Positions 47,126 to 60,964 of a DNA stretch of 64,000 bases are shown here, in pieces; within the stretch, counting starts at the first letter, position 1; every line of letters starts with the position of its first letter. The stretch spans positions 92,134,001 to 92,198,000 of the forward strand of contig NC_086108.1 in the NCBI RefSeq assembly GCF_963921235.1. Reading direction: 5' to 3'. The translations under genes and the position numbers were made by a program. This DNA comes from Mobula hypostoma. Lineage: Eukaryota. The notes beneath the pieces are model-generated. The model saw only the letters and a program-made list of their open reading frames with translations, was not told the DNA's origin and searched no databases.

Positions 47126-48529
47126 ACATCCTGGGGTGTTCTCCAACATACCCTCACACATCCACCCAGTGTTCATTGTTTGTTCACCTCTCTTTTTCCC
47201 TCAACTCCACCTGGTTGCATCTGCCCATCAAACCATCCCCATCAGGTTCCATGTAATACTCCCCAAACCACCCCCCCCCATTGCTTACCAGTCTCTATCC
47301 TCCACCCATACTGCCATACACTGGTAATCTTTCCTCTTTCCTCAGTCCTGATACAAGGTCTGACAGAAAATGTCAACATACATCTTCCGTCTCCACAGAT
47401 GCTACTTGACCCACTGAGATCTTCCAGCTTTTTATTTTCATTCCAGCTTCCAGCATCTGTAGACTCCTTCATCTTCTATCAGGAACTCAACCCCAGTGCA
47501 TACTAATGTTCATCTCCAACGAGAATGATGGCAACACAATATGTTCATATGAATGACCATTATTCTGAAATGGTTTCCAGGATATCCAGCACTAAGGTCA
47601 ATGCTTGAAAGAATGAAAGCTTGTTGTTTTTTTTTTTGTAAGTCTACTGGCTTTGTTGTGTTATAAGTTTCAGCAGCCGTAATCCCATTTCTATATCCAT
47701 AGACCCCTAGGCCATAGACACAAGAGAATGCAGATGCTGGAATTTGAACAACAAACAACCTGCTGGAGGATCTCAATGGTTCAAGCAGCATCTGTGTGGG
47801 GAAAAGAATTATCCTGTCCACCCTCAGTTCTGATGCAGAGTTTCAATCCAAAACATTGACAATTCTCTTCCTCCTGCAGATGCCCTTGACCTACTGTGTT
47901 CCTCCAGCAGAATATTGTGATTTTTTAGTATAAACCTTTTTAATATTTCCAACTCACTTAAAACAGGCTTAAGAAGCTGGTGTGGGCAATGATAAAATAC
48001 CAGTGTAGTTCAGTAAACAACCTCTCTTCAGGTTACAGTTGCTTAGAAGGGAAGAGAGAGTTTCACTGCTCCTCTGACTATATAACCTAATGATGCTTGG
48101 TGCTTTCTGTGTACAGTTATGCCCCAAGATATAAATAGGCTCATGTAGTTGCTACATCATCCTTCAACACACTCCATGCAGGCAAAATGTTTTCACTATC
48201 AACTTTTGAAACGTTTGTTTTGTGATTTTCAAAAATTGCATAATTTTTAAACACCTCAGGCAATGCAACTGTAATGGGATATAAAGCTCCCACAAGTGTT
48301 AAAACTGAAACTTATCAGTGCAGCACTTTCAGCCTTGGATTTATACAGCAAGCTCTCATCCTATAAAAGATTTACTCCGCACACCAGTGCTATACTTAAT
48401 TTTTTTTCATTTAATTTACAGAAGTTCAATAACTGGAACAGTAGCATGTGACCTGTTTCACAATGAGCTGTGGAAAAAACTATTTTGAACCTTTAAGCAT
48501 ACAAGAGACATTTACTACATTGAGCATAC

Positions 48530-48598
48530 CTTTGAAGATAATGGATTGTTACAGGCATAGAATTCTGACTAATGCATGGAAGTAAAAAGTAAATAAAT
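48530..48598 (-). CDS. Coding exon (69 nt, phase 2 to 2) of the - strand gene
   Basis: atttttctctgcAG ... AAG/GTATGC; the only open frame is FIYFLLPCISQNSMPVTIHYLQ. Confidence 0.7.
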
Positions 48599-48858
48599 CT
48601 GCAGAGAAAAATATGTGTTATTTTAATCAATACAAAAAACTACCATGCATCATTGAGATACAACTGAGGAACAAGTAGACTTAAGCAATTGAAAGAAATG
48701 CATGGGAGAATTTGAAGTTTCACCTTGGTGTTTCAAAAGGAAGGAGATCAGGCCCAGTGTTATGAGCATTTCTGAATATGTATCGCATTCATAAAGGATG
48801 AAAGAAATGCTTTTACCAGAAGGCGCAATGTCAGAGTTAAACGTCATTATAGTCTTAC

Positions 48859-48893
48859 GTGTTAAAGGCTGAATCCGTTGCATATGTATGAGG
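48859..48893 (-). CDS. Coding exon (35 nt, phase 0 to 2) of the - strand gene
   Basis: gattttcAG ... CAC/GTAAGA; PHTYATDSAFNT joins in frame to 48530-48598. Confidence 0.6.
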
Positions 48894-49722
48894 CTGAAAA
48901 TCTAAATCAGTTCTTTGACTTTGTAAATCACTTCAATTTATGGCAACTTTCAGGATGGCAAGAAGCAGGTGGACGAGAGTTTGTCAAAATTAATAGATAG
49001 CACCGCCTGTCTCTGTAAATGGGTTCCCGCTGCCCTTCTGCTACATCTGATCTTTTTTTATCTGCAGTTTTAAAGGGATGTGTTCTATTTTTACCCAAAT
49101 GGATCTTGAAATCATATGGCAAAACACAAAATGATTACACTGGAGTGAAAAGATAATTTACATTTAAATTATTTTCCATAAAAAAAAATCCCAGCTTGAA
49201 TACTATCTGAATTATCTATGACAGCTATTTCTGGTGTTTACCTGTTTAATGGGAGAGCTGATCAACTTCATACGTGGCAGTATATATGGATAAAGCTAAC
49301 ATTATTCAAACCGTATCTAATCAGTCAAATTATCCTTGAAAGAAATGTAAATTTTCAAATATTTGAAAATGTGCACCATCTTTGAAGAGGTTAGTTCAAA
49401 ATGACAAGAGGATGTAAAAGCATTGTGGCATTGTTTCAGAGTTCTGTTTTCCATTATAAATAGCAACCTTGGCTCTGAGTAATAAAAGTGGTGAGTTCAA
49501 GGCCCACTCCAGAGGGAAGCACGTAAACCAAGCTGGCAAAACTAAGAGCGTCAAGAGCTGCTTTCTTTTGAATTGGACATTAAATGTTAAAATAAGGTTC
49601 ATCTTTCCTCTCAGCTTTCAAACAAAACTTATTAACAATCTTAGACTTCTTCATCAGACTTTTCAGTAAGTCACTCACCAATGCAATGTCTTTTACAACT
49701 AGTTCACCACTACATAAACAGA

Positions 49723-52700
49723 CTTTGGAACCTGGAATATATGAACTCTGATGGATAACTAAAACTCAGACTGACCAGAGAGGAGAACTGCCTTTGTTGC
49801 CCAGGAACTCCAAAAATTCAACTTTGACATTGTTGCCCTGTGTGAGACCCGCAGAGCTGGAGAAGGGCAACTAAAGGAAGAGCAAGGTCAATACACCATT
49901 TTCTGGAAAGGACTTGATCCTAAACAACCGAGGATACATGGAGTAGGTTTTGCCATCTGAAACAGCCTACTTCAGAAGCTGACAGAGCAACCACTGGGAA
50001 TCAACGAACGTCTCATGACTCTGCAAATCCAGCTCCTCAAGAACCAACATGCCACCATCATCAGCGCCTATGCTCCAACTCTGGATGCTGAAGATGAAGT
50101 AAAGATGAGCTTCTACGCCCAACTTGATGACCTCCTTTCCTCTGTTCCCATCAGCAACAAGATCATTCTCTTGGGAGACTTCAATGCCAGAATGAGAAAA
50201 GTTCATAGGCTCTGGACCGGAATAACAGGCAAGGTCAACGCCAATGGAACACTTCTCACTAAGTGTGCTGAACACAACCTGATGATTACAAACACCCTAT
50301 TTCACCAGAAAAACAGGCACAAAGTCTCCTGGCAGCATCCACGCTCCAAACACTGGGACCTCATTGACTACATCGAGACCAACAAGATGTACTGATAACA
50401 AGAGCTGTTACTGGTGCGACGAGTGCTGGACAGACCATCGACTCATCTCGTCCACCATGACAATGAAGATTCGGCCCAAAAGGAAACACCAAAATCAGAA
50501 CACAGTTAAGAAATTCAATGTTGACATCCTTCAGGATATCAACCATGTACAGAAGTTCCAAAAAATTTTCAAGAACAACTGCCTCAACAAATTCTGTAGA
50601 AGAACACTGGAATCAATTGAAGAACACTATCATCACCTCCTGCAAAGAAACAATTGGGTTCAAGACAAAAAAAAAAAAAAAAATCAGGATTGGTTCGATG
50701 ATAACGACAAACTACTCCAACAACTCATCAATGAAAAGAGAAAAGCTTTCATCACCTTATAAAATAACCAACAATCGGCTACCAAAAGGAAACACTATCA
50801 GGAATGCAAGGCTGCAGTCCAGAAGAGCACCTGAAACCTGAAATACCAATGGTGAAGGAAGAAAGCTCAGGAAATCCAACAACTAGCAGACACCAACGAC
50901 ACTCGAGGTTTTTTCAACACAACTAAAGCTATTTTTGTCCCATCGACTCACAGTCAAGCCTCTCTTAAAAGCAAAGATAGTTCAACCATCCTGAAGAGCA
51001 ATGCTGACATCAATTCTAGATGGAGGGAGCACTTTGAAGATCTTCTAAATCAAACCATCTCATTTGACAGGAATGTGATTAACAACATTCCAAAACAGCC
51101 TGTTGACAACTCCCTGAGCAAAATACCAACACTTGAAGTAGTCAAGGAAGTCTTCAAAACCTTGAAAAACAGCAAGGCTGCTGGACTCGATGGAATACCA
51201 GCTGAGGTCTACAAAATTGGAGGTAACCCACTTCATTACCAATTGCAACAACTTCTCATCAAGATCTGGATAAATGAAGACGTACCAGCAGACTTTAGAG
51301 ATTCAGCAATCATAACCATCTACAAAAGGAAAGGCGATCGATCTGAATGCAGAAACTATCGTGGAATTTCCCTGTTAGCAACAGGAAAGATCCTCACCCG
51401 CATCATGAACAACCTGCTCAAGCCTTTAGCTGAGAAGATCCTTTTGGAGACAAGCCGGTTTTAGACCATCACATGGAGCAATCGACATGATTGTTACAAT
51501 GCGACAAGTACAAGAAAAATGTCATGAACAACTTCAACCTTTGTACATTGCATTCATCGACTTCACCAAAGCCTTTGACTCAGTATCTAGGAAACTCCTA
51601 TGGGATGTCCTATCCACCTATGGACACCTGGAAAAGTACATTCAAAACCCGAGACTCCTCCACGATGGTATGCTTGCCACAGTCATGGTCAGCAACAGTA
51701 ACTGTGAGCCTTTTCAAGTCAAATCAGGAGTAAAACAGGGTTGCGTGATTGCCCCAACTTTGTTCACCATCTTCATTGCGACAATCATTCACATCATCAA
51801 GGACGACCTACCCCTGGAAGTCGAAATTGTCTACAGAACAGATGGCAGACTTTTCAATCTTGCCCGTCTCAAGTCCAAAAACAAGACATCCACGAGTTCC
51901 CTCATCGAGTTCCAATACGCAGATGACAACAGTGTTGCAGTTCTCTCAGAAAACCACCTACAACAGATTCTGACCGTCTTCAACAGTGCATACACGAAAC
52001 TTGGACTTGCCATCAATTTCAAGACTCAGATCATCTACCAACCATCACCAACTGAGACAAATCGTATAGAACCATCAATTCAACTTGGCAAAACAACCTT
52101 GGAAAATTTTCCAGGGAAAGTGGACCACTTTCCGTATCTTGGAAGTCACCTCTCCTCCAATGTCGATCTTAATGACGAGATCCAACATCATCTTAAATGC
52201 ACTGGAACAGCTTTTGGACGTCTCCAAACAAAAGTCTTTCATGATCGTGGCATCCGAACAGACACCAAAATGTTGGTGTACAAAGCAGTGGTGATCCCAA
52301 TGCTCCTGCATGCATCAGAAACCTGGACAACATACCGACGACATCTGAAGGCACTTGAAATGTTCCATCAACGCTGTTTTCGAAACATCTTAAATATCAG
52401 CTGGGAAGATAGAAGAAACAACGTCAGCGTGCTAACTGAAGCAAAAACAACAAGCATTGAAGCCTACGTCATCAAGAGCCAACTAAAATGGAGCAGTCAT
52501 GCTGTTCGGATGAAAGACGAATGTCTGCCGAAACAAACCTTCTACTCCCAGCTTAAAGGCGGCAAACGTAAAAGAGGCGGACAACAGAAGAGATTCAAAG
52601 ACGTCTTAAAAGCCAACATGAAGAAATGTAACACTGACGTCAACAATTGGGAAACCAATGCCAAGGACAGGAAACTCTGGCAAACCATCATCCGAGAAGG

Positions 52701-52916
52701 AACAGCAACTTTTCAAAGCCAACAGATGTGCAGAATTAGAAGAAAAGAGAAAATGGAAAGAGAGGCAGCAACAACCAAAGCCCAATCTGCCAGCTGGAAC
52801 TACCTGTCCTGAATGCGGAGGAACAAGATTGGACTTATAAGCCATTTGAGAGCTCACAAATAGATCAACAGAACGAAGACCATCATCCTCGACCTCGAGG
52901 GATAGCCACGACGATG
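49723..52916 (+). mobile_element. RTE-clade LINE with near-complete but disrupted EN-RT ORF
   Basis: FGTWN, PERRTA, SAYAPT, LGDFNAR, KAAGLDGIP, FIDFTKAFD, QYADD, terminal CPECG; 11-bp TSD ACATAAACAGA at 49712-49722 and 52917-52927. Confidence 0.95.
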
Positions 52917-53299
52917 ACATAAACAGAAAACACATCCCTCTTTATTGAAAAGTCATAACAATACATCCACAATAATATTATGTAAAATGAGAGATAAAAG
53001 ATTTACTTCCATTCTCCTTGTAATAGGTTTAAATTTGATCATTCATTCTCAGTCACAATTGATTAATTCAAGTACTAATCGATGAAAATTCATTTGATTA
53101 CATCCTGGGATGCCATGCTTGGTTGGCATGGTTCTCACTGAGGGATCAGCAGTGAAAGGGGTCAGCAGCTTCAAGCTGCTGTGTCTCTACATCTAGAACA
53201 TCTATCCTGGGCCCAACATATTGAAGCAATTAGAAAGAAAGCACACCAGAGGTTATATTTAATTAGGAGTTTGAGAAGCTGGCTTTGTACGGGGTGGGT

Positions 53300-54558
53300 C
53301 ATTACCAAACTGATTGAGTTTTTTGACAAGGTGACGAGAGAGATTGATAAGAGTAGGGCAGTGGATGTTGTCTACATGGATTTTAGAAAGGTATTTGACA
53401 AAGTCTTTCATGGGAGGCTAACCCAGAAGATTAAGATGCATGGGGTATGCGGCAAAGTGACTGTTTGGTTTTAGAACTGGGTTGTGTATAGAAGACAAAG
53501 GGTAATGGTTGAAGAGACTTATTCAAGCTCAAGGTCTGTAATTAGTGGTGTTCCACAGGGATCTGTGCTGGGACCTCTGTTGTTTCAGATTATATAAAAA
53601 TCCTGGATGAAAATATAGATGGGTGGGTTAATAAGTTTGCGGATGATACCGAGATTGGTGGAGTGGTGGATTGTGTAGGAGACTAGCAAAGAGTATAGTG
53701 TGATATAGATCAGTTGCAGAAATGAGCAGAGAAATGGCAGATAGAGTTTAACCCAGATAAATGTGAGGTGTTGCACCTTGGTAGGGCAAATGCAAGGAGA
53801 CAGTACATTGTTGAGGGCAAGATCATTAAGTGTTGCCGAGCAGAGAGATCTAGGAATCCAAGTTCATAGCTCCTTGAAAGTGGCAACAAGAAAGTTAAGA
53901 CTTGTGAAATGCTTGCTTTTATTAGTGAAAGCATTGAGTACAAAAGTCAACACATTATGTTGCAACATTATAAAACTCTGGTTAGGCCACATCTGGAGTA
54001 TTGCGTAAAGTTCTGATCGTCCCACTATAGAAAGAATGTAGAGGCTTTGGAGAGGATGCAGGAGAGGTTTACCAGGATGCTGCCTGGTTTAGGGAGCATG
54101 TGTTATCATGAAAGGCTGGATAAACTTGGGTTGTTTTCTCTGGAATGGCAGAGGCTGAGAGGAGATCTGATAGAGGCTTATAAGATTATGAGAGGCATAG
54201 ACAGAGTAGATAGGGAGCATCTGTTTCCCAGGATTGAATGGTCTAACACCAGGGGGCATACATTGAAGGTGAGAGGGAGAATGTTCAAAGAGAATATGAA
54301 GGTTAAGTTTTTTCTCAGAGAATCGTGGATGCCCGGATGTGCTGCCTGTTGTGGTGGTAGAGGCAAATATATTAAAAGCTTTTAAGGGACGTTTGGATAG
54401 GCACATGGATGTGAGGAAGATGGAAGGATATGGACATTGTGTAGGTAGGAGGGATTAGTGTTTGGGTGTTTTTGATTCGCTTTTCAGCTGGTCCGGCACG
54501 ACGTTGTGGGCTGAATAGCCTGTCGCTGTGCTATACTGTACTGTCCTATGTTCTAGTT
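53300..54558 (+). mobile_element. CR1 RT to 3' end, inserted in a Rex1 fragment (53150-53280 and 54560-55040)
   Basis: LIEFFD..VDVVYMDFRKVFDKV; ERFTRMLPGL; tail ctatgttctagttct. Confidence 0.85.
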
Positions 54559-56179
54559 CTATGAGATTCGGTATGTCTAGCAAACCGGAGAGCATTCTGT
54601 CTGCTCACAATACCGTCTGGTGTGGAGACACCAATGCACAGGATCGGAACAAGCTGCAGAGGGTTGTAAACTCAGACAGCTCCATCATGGGCACCAACTT
54701 CCTCACCATCAAGGATATCTTAAAAAGGTGGTGCCTCAAGGCAGCAGTATCCATCATGAATAACCCTCAACATCCAGGACATGTCATCGTCGCAGTATCA
54801 CCACTAGGGAGAAGGTACACGAGCCTGAAGACACACACTCAACATTCTTCTTCTCCTGCTCCATCAGATTTCTGAATTGTCCATGAACCCATGAGCACTG
54901 CCTCACTATTGTGCTATTTACTTATTTATTACATCTTTCTGTTGGAACCTGTAGTGATTTTGATGCATTTTGCTGCCTGAGAACAGCACATTTCATGACA
55001 TATGTCAATGATAGCAAACCTGTTTCAGATTATGATTCTAGATTGGCATTTAGAAGATTAGCAAATCATTTTACGTAAGATTCTGAGGGAACGCCATCTG
55101 AAATTATCTCTTTCCACAGATGCGGTCTGACACACTGAGTGGCTCCAGCAGTTTCTGTTCTTATTTCAGATTTCCTGCATTTGCCTTTTTTTTTTAATAA
55201 ATGTTCACGACTGAATGGAATTGACATAACGGATGTTGAGATGATGTCTCCTCTGCTGGGGTGAAACCAGAGGGAATAACTTCAGAATAAAAGGTCACCA
55301 TTTCAGACAGATGAGGAGGAATTTCTTGTCTCATTTGGTTGTGAGTCTTCAAAGGTTCAAAGCTACAAAGTACATTTATTACCAAAATATATATGCAGTA
55401 TACAACCTTGAAATTTGTCTTCTCAGAGAGCCGCAAAGCAAAGAAACACTACAGAACCCATTCAAAGAAAACTTCGAACATCCAATAGGCAAAAAAAAAA
55501 GAACAATCACACAAACACCAAAAAAAAACAAGTCAAAAATCACACAATATAAAACATCAAACCAGAGAGTCCTTGAAATGATCTGGGAATGTTCAGTTTA
55601 GATCAGTTCAGTTCAGTTCAGCGTTGTGTCATTCGTTGACTGCAGGCTGCAGAGTCAGTCCGTCCCGATCAAAATCACACAAAATAACAATGAAAAAAGG
55701 AGTAAGCAGAAACCAGGAACACACATAACATGAACTGAAGAGTCCAATCCACAAAACATATTGACTAAACTATGACCAAGACCCAAGACTCCAGCAGCAA
55801 GCGAAGACGAATCTTTGGCATTCCCTTTCCCTGTGAACTTTAACTGTTAACAGTGAGGTGCAGATGGACAGATATTCCTACAGGGAATGTAGACACAGTA
55901 AGGCAGTAATGTTACACCAAAACTGGATCAACCAATATCTTACTGAATAACAATGTATGCTCAGGGATCTAAATGGCCTCCTCCTGCTCCTGTTTCTTGT
56001 TCTCTTATGTCCTTCACAATATACATTTACTTTTCTCTCTGCATTTGAATACAGTAATCTTCTAGTTGACGGCCTTCTTAAAAATGGCTTGATGAGAAAA
56101 TGAATTTATAGTTAGTAGCAGGACAGCATGGTAGAATGACAGCTAGCACATTACTTTACACACCAGAAATCCAAGTTAA

Positions 56180-56680
56180 TAAGAACATAAGGAATAGGAG
56201 CAGGAATGGGCCATATGGCCCATCGAGCCTGCTCTGCCATTCAATAAGATCATGGCTGATCTGAACTTGGACTCATCTTCACCTACCTGCCTTTTCCCCA
56301 TAACCCTTAATTCCCCTACTATGTAAAAATCTATCCAAACTTGTCTTAAATATAATTACTGAGGTAGCCTCCACTGCTTCATTGGACAGAGAATTCCACA
56401 TTCACCACTCTTTGGGAAAAAGCAGTTCCTTCTCATCTCCATCCTAAATTTACTCCCCCGAATCTTGAGTCTAGGTCCCCTAGTTCTAGTCTCATCTACC
56501 AGTGGAAACAACTTTCCTGCATCTATCTTATCTACCCCTTTCACAATCTTATATGTTTCTATAAGATCTCCTCTCATCCTTCTGAATTCTAGCAAGTACA
56601 GTTCCAGGTGACTCAATCTCTCCTCATAGTCTAACCCCCTCATCTCTGGAATCAACCTGGTGAACCTCCTCCAAAGCCAG
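56180..56680 (-). mobile_element. CR1 3' fragment
   Basis: RRFTRLIPEMRGL..RGDLIETYKI. Confidence 0.85.
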
Positions 56681-56899
56681 TATATCCCACCATCGTCTGA
56701 AAGGACTTTGTACGTTCTCCCCTGGTGCTCTGATTTCCTTCCACATTCCAAAGATGTCCAGGTTAATAGTCACATGGTCACATGTGTATAATTGGGTGCT
56801 GTGGGCTTGTTACCAGGCTGTACTTGTAAATAGATTTCAAAAATATATAAAGTTTGAAATAAAAGCCATTTGAATTTTTTAATTTCAGAAACATAATAT

Positions 56900-58063
56900 G
56901 TGCTGATGACACAAAGGTTGGGGGTGTTTTGGATAGTGTGGAGGGTTATCAGAGGTTACAGCGGGACATTGATAGGATGCAAAACTGGGCTGAGAAGTGG
57001 CAGATGGAGGTCAACACAGATAAGTGTGAGGTGGTTCATTTTGGTAGGTCAAATATGATGGCAGAATATATTAATGGTAAGACTCTTGGCAGTGTGGAGA
57101 ATCAAGTTAAGTTTATTGTCATTTTGATCATAAGCTGCTGGTACAGTACACAGTAAAAACTAAACAATGTTCCTCCAGGACCCTGGTGCTACATGAAACA
57201 ACACAAAACTACACTAGACTGTGTGAGACAGCACAAGGCTACACTAGACTAAGTAAAACAACACAAAAGCCGCACTAGACTACAGACCTGCACAGGACTA
57301 CATAAAGTGCACAAAACAGTGCAGGGCAGCACAATAATTAATAAACAAGACAATAGGCATCAGAGGGATCTTGGGGTCCGAGTCCATCGGACACTCAAAG
57401 CTGCTGCACAGGTTGACTCTGTGGTTAAGAAGGCATACGGTGAATTGGCCTTCATCAATCGTGGGATTGAGTTTAAGAGTCGAGAGGTAATGTTGCAGCT
57501 ATATAGGACCCTGGTCAGACCCCACTTGGAGTACTGTGCTCAGTTCTGGTCACCTCACTAAAGGAAGGACGTGGAAACCATAGAAAGGGTGCAGAGGAGA
57601 TTTACAAGGATGTTGCCTGGATTGGGGAGCATACCCTATGAGAACAGATTGAGTGAACTCGGCCTTTTCTCCTTGGAGCGATGGAGGATAAGAAGTGACT
57701 TGATAGATGTGTACAAGATGATGAGAGGCATTGATCATGTGGATAGTCAGAGGCTTTTTCCCAGGGCTGAGATGGCTAGCACAGGAGGGCACAGTTCTAT
57801 GATGCTTGGAAGTAGGTACAGAGGAGATGTCAGGGGAAGTTTTTTTTAATGCAGAGAGTGTTGAGTGCGCAGAATGAGCTGCTGGCAATGGTGGTGGAGG
57901 CGGATAGGATAGAGTCTTTTAAGGGACTCTTGGACAGGTACATGGAGCTTAGAAAAATAGAGGGCTCTGGGTAACCCCAGGTAATTTCTAAGACAAAGAT
58001 ATGTTCAGCACAGCTTCGTGGACAAAAGGGCCTGTATTGTGCTGTAGGTTCTCTATGTTTCTA
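56900..58063 (+). mobile_element. CR1 RT to 3' end, split by a minus-strand LINE tail (57105-57358)
   Basis: ADDTKVGG..LGSVE | QRDLGV continuity across the insert; same subfamily as 16555-17703. Confidence 0.85.
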
Positions 58064-59141
58064 ATATTGAGGACTAGAGTAAAACAGAAGCTGAGAAAGA
58101 GAAAAGGGTGGGCAAAGATGTAGTGAAGTAGATTTTCTACTCAAATGCTCAACTGATTTAATTTAAAAGGAACTATTAGGCTGGATGGATAATTATGTTT
58201 ACTCTGATATTCACAAGTTAACACCTCAGGTAAAGATGCTTTGTAAGGTCATTTCTCCCAGAAGGCTGCAACCTATCGAATATTTGCAGGATTTCCTGAT
58301 CCTGCTTTTTTAAAATTTGCTTTATCTCTGAATTATAAATTGCTTTTCCTGAGGAATATCAAAAACAAGCAGAGGATATTATGAACTGTGCATAAGCATT
58401 ATTTCCACCATAGTAAATGTTCCTGCCTTCTCTGGAGCTTTAATTAACTTCACAGTACCAAACTTAGCAAGGCAAGACCAATTAAACACCCACAGATTTA
58501 GAACACTCAAATGGAATAGGGTTAATTGGGAGGGAATTAAAATTAATTTGCTAAACTAAATTAAAATGTACATTGCACCCCTGCTACAGTTCAACCTCGA
58601 CTAAAACGACACAGCTGTGACCTGCTATTCTTTCCGACACAGTCACATGTACTGTGAGTGAAGTGCAAGGCCGAGAAATACTTTTGCGCCCCAGTTTAGT
58701 GACAGACATTATATGCAGTATGCAGTTCCTCAAGAAGGTGGTACCCATCATTGAAGACCCTCACCACCCGGGACTTGCCCTCTTCTCATTACTATCATGA
58801 GGGACAATATACAGGAGCCTGAAGATCCACAATCAACACTTTAGGAACAGCTTCTTTCCCTCTGCCATCAGATTTCTGAACAGTCAATTAACCTATGAAC
58901 ACTACCTAACTATTATTGTAACTATTTTTATCTCTTCCACCATGCTGCTGCCAAAAAAAGAAATGCATTTCAGGACATATATCAGTGATGATAAACCCGA
59001 TTCCGAGGATCTGATATGATGTATTTAATGCACTCAAAGCCCTTTGCAAAGGAGATAGATAGGGGTAGGTGGAGAGAATGAGAGCATCGGGTATTGGGCA
59101 GTCATGGGACAGCTGGAACCTCAAGGGAAGGCTCCAAATTT

Positions 59142-59415
59142 GGGCGTCACGGTAACGTAGCAGTTCGTGCAATGCTATTACAGCTTGGGCCGTTGGAGCT
59201 CAGAGTTTAAATCTGGAGCCCTCTGTAAGAAAGATTGGATGTTCTCGGGTTCCTTCGGAGTGCTATGGTTTCCTCTCACAGTCCAAAGACGTACCGGTTA
59301 GTAGGTTAATTGGTCACTGTAAATTGTCCTGTGATAAGCCGAGGGTTAAATTGGTGAGCTGCTGGGCGACGCGACGAGCCAGAAGGACTTATTCCGTGCT
59401 GTATCGCTAAATAAA
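59142..59415 (+). mobile_element. V-SINE (HE1-like)
   Basis: gggcgtcacggtaacgtagcagt head; ggtttcctctcacagtccaaagacgtaccggttagtaggttaattgg V-domain. Confidence 0.8.
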
Positions 59416-60132
59416 AGAAAAATTTTAAATTGAGAACCGTAGGGTGGGAGGCTACAATTGGATGCTGGGAGAAGTTTGGGATTTAAATTCACAATGGATT
59501 TGGAGCAAGAGAATGACGATCACAGGAAGAATTGTTGTGAAGCACAAATATGTTTACTTTTTAAACTGGGTCCATGTACGCCACTGAAACACTACCTTGA
59601 CAATGTACGTTATAAGGACAACTACGCAATCTGCTTTAAGAATATGAATCCAGTGCCAAAAATACTAACATTTGTTTGTATATTGAACTAAAATGCATCA
59701 GTCAGTGAAATGACTGCAGCTCAGAGTGATCAGGGATGGGCAACTAATTGCAATGGGAACATGGGTGGCATTTAAGACTGAATTGTTTTCACAAACTTAA
59801 ATCAAAAAGCAAAGGTTTATGCATTCACAATGAAAAATATCCTATTTTGTTAAATAGAACCAGACTCCGAGACATGAACACTTCATTAGGTACCTCCTGT
59901 AAAGTGCCCACTCAGTGTATGTTCATGGTCTTCTGCTGCTGCAATAAAATAGAAAACATTGGAAGTGATCAGTAGGTTGGGGAGAACTGTAGACACAAAG
60001 GTAATTAATGTTTTCAGTTGAAGACCTTTCATAATTAATTATAAGTTTGATTTTTGTCCTGCTGGAACCAGATCTAAAGTAGGAGAAACTGTTAATTTGA
60101 AGCGAGAAGTTTGGAAGCTGAAAAATCTACTG

Positions 60133-60697
60133 TACACTCAGTGACCGTTTTAATAAGTGCCTCCTGTACCTAACAAAGTGACCACTGAGTGTATTTTCAT
60201 GGTCTTCTGCTGCTGTAGTCCATCCATTTCAAGGTTTGACGTGTCCTTCAGAGGTGCTCTTCTCAACACCCCTGTTGTAACGCATGGTTATTTGAGTTAC
60301 TGTCACCTTCCTGTCAGCTTGAACCAGTCTGGCCATTCTCCTCTGACCTCTCTCATTAACAAGGCATTTTCACCCACAGAACTGCCACTCACTGGATGTT
60401 TTTATTTTGTTTCTTGGACCATTCTCTGTAAACTATAGACACTGCTGTGCACGGAAGTCCATGGAGATCAGCAGTTTCTGAGATACTCCAATCATCCCGT
60501 CTGGCACCAACAATAGTTCCATGATCAAAGTCACTTAGATCACCTTTCCTCCCCATTCTAAAGTTTGGTCTGAACAACAACTGAACCTCTTGACCATGTC
60601 TGCATGTTTTTCTGCTTTGAGTTGCTGCCGCATGATTGGCTGATTAGATATTTGCATTCGCTGTACAGGTGTATCTAATAAACTGGTCACTGGGTGT
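60133..60697 (-). mobile_element. Internally deleted Tc1-like element with a doubled terminal repeat
   Basis: MGRKGDLSDFDHG.IVGARR..SISETADL; same family as 43262-43802. Confidence 0.8.
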
Positions 60698-60964
60698 GGA
60701 GTCATAAAGAACTCACAACGTAGAAACAGGCCTTTCATCATAATCCATATAAGTGAGAAATATGAGTGGGAAAGTTATCCTTTCAGCATGAACAAAGCAT
60801 CCTTCCTGCATGCACAACAGCTGAAAAGTGGCTAAAGAGATTATAAACATTTCACAACTCCAAAATAAGTATGTGCACTGTTATAGGCAAGAAGCTACTG
60901 AGCACAAGATTTCAGTTAGAACAGGCAACATAATCTTCACTGAACTGGGGGAGAAATCACACTA

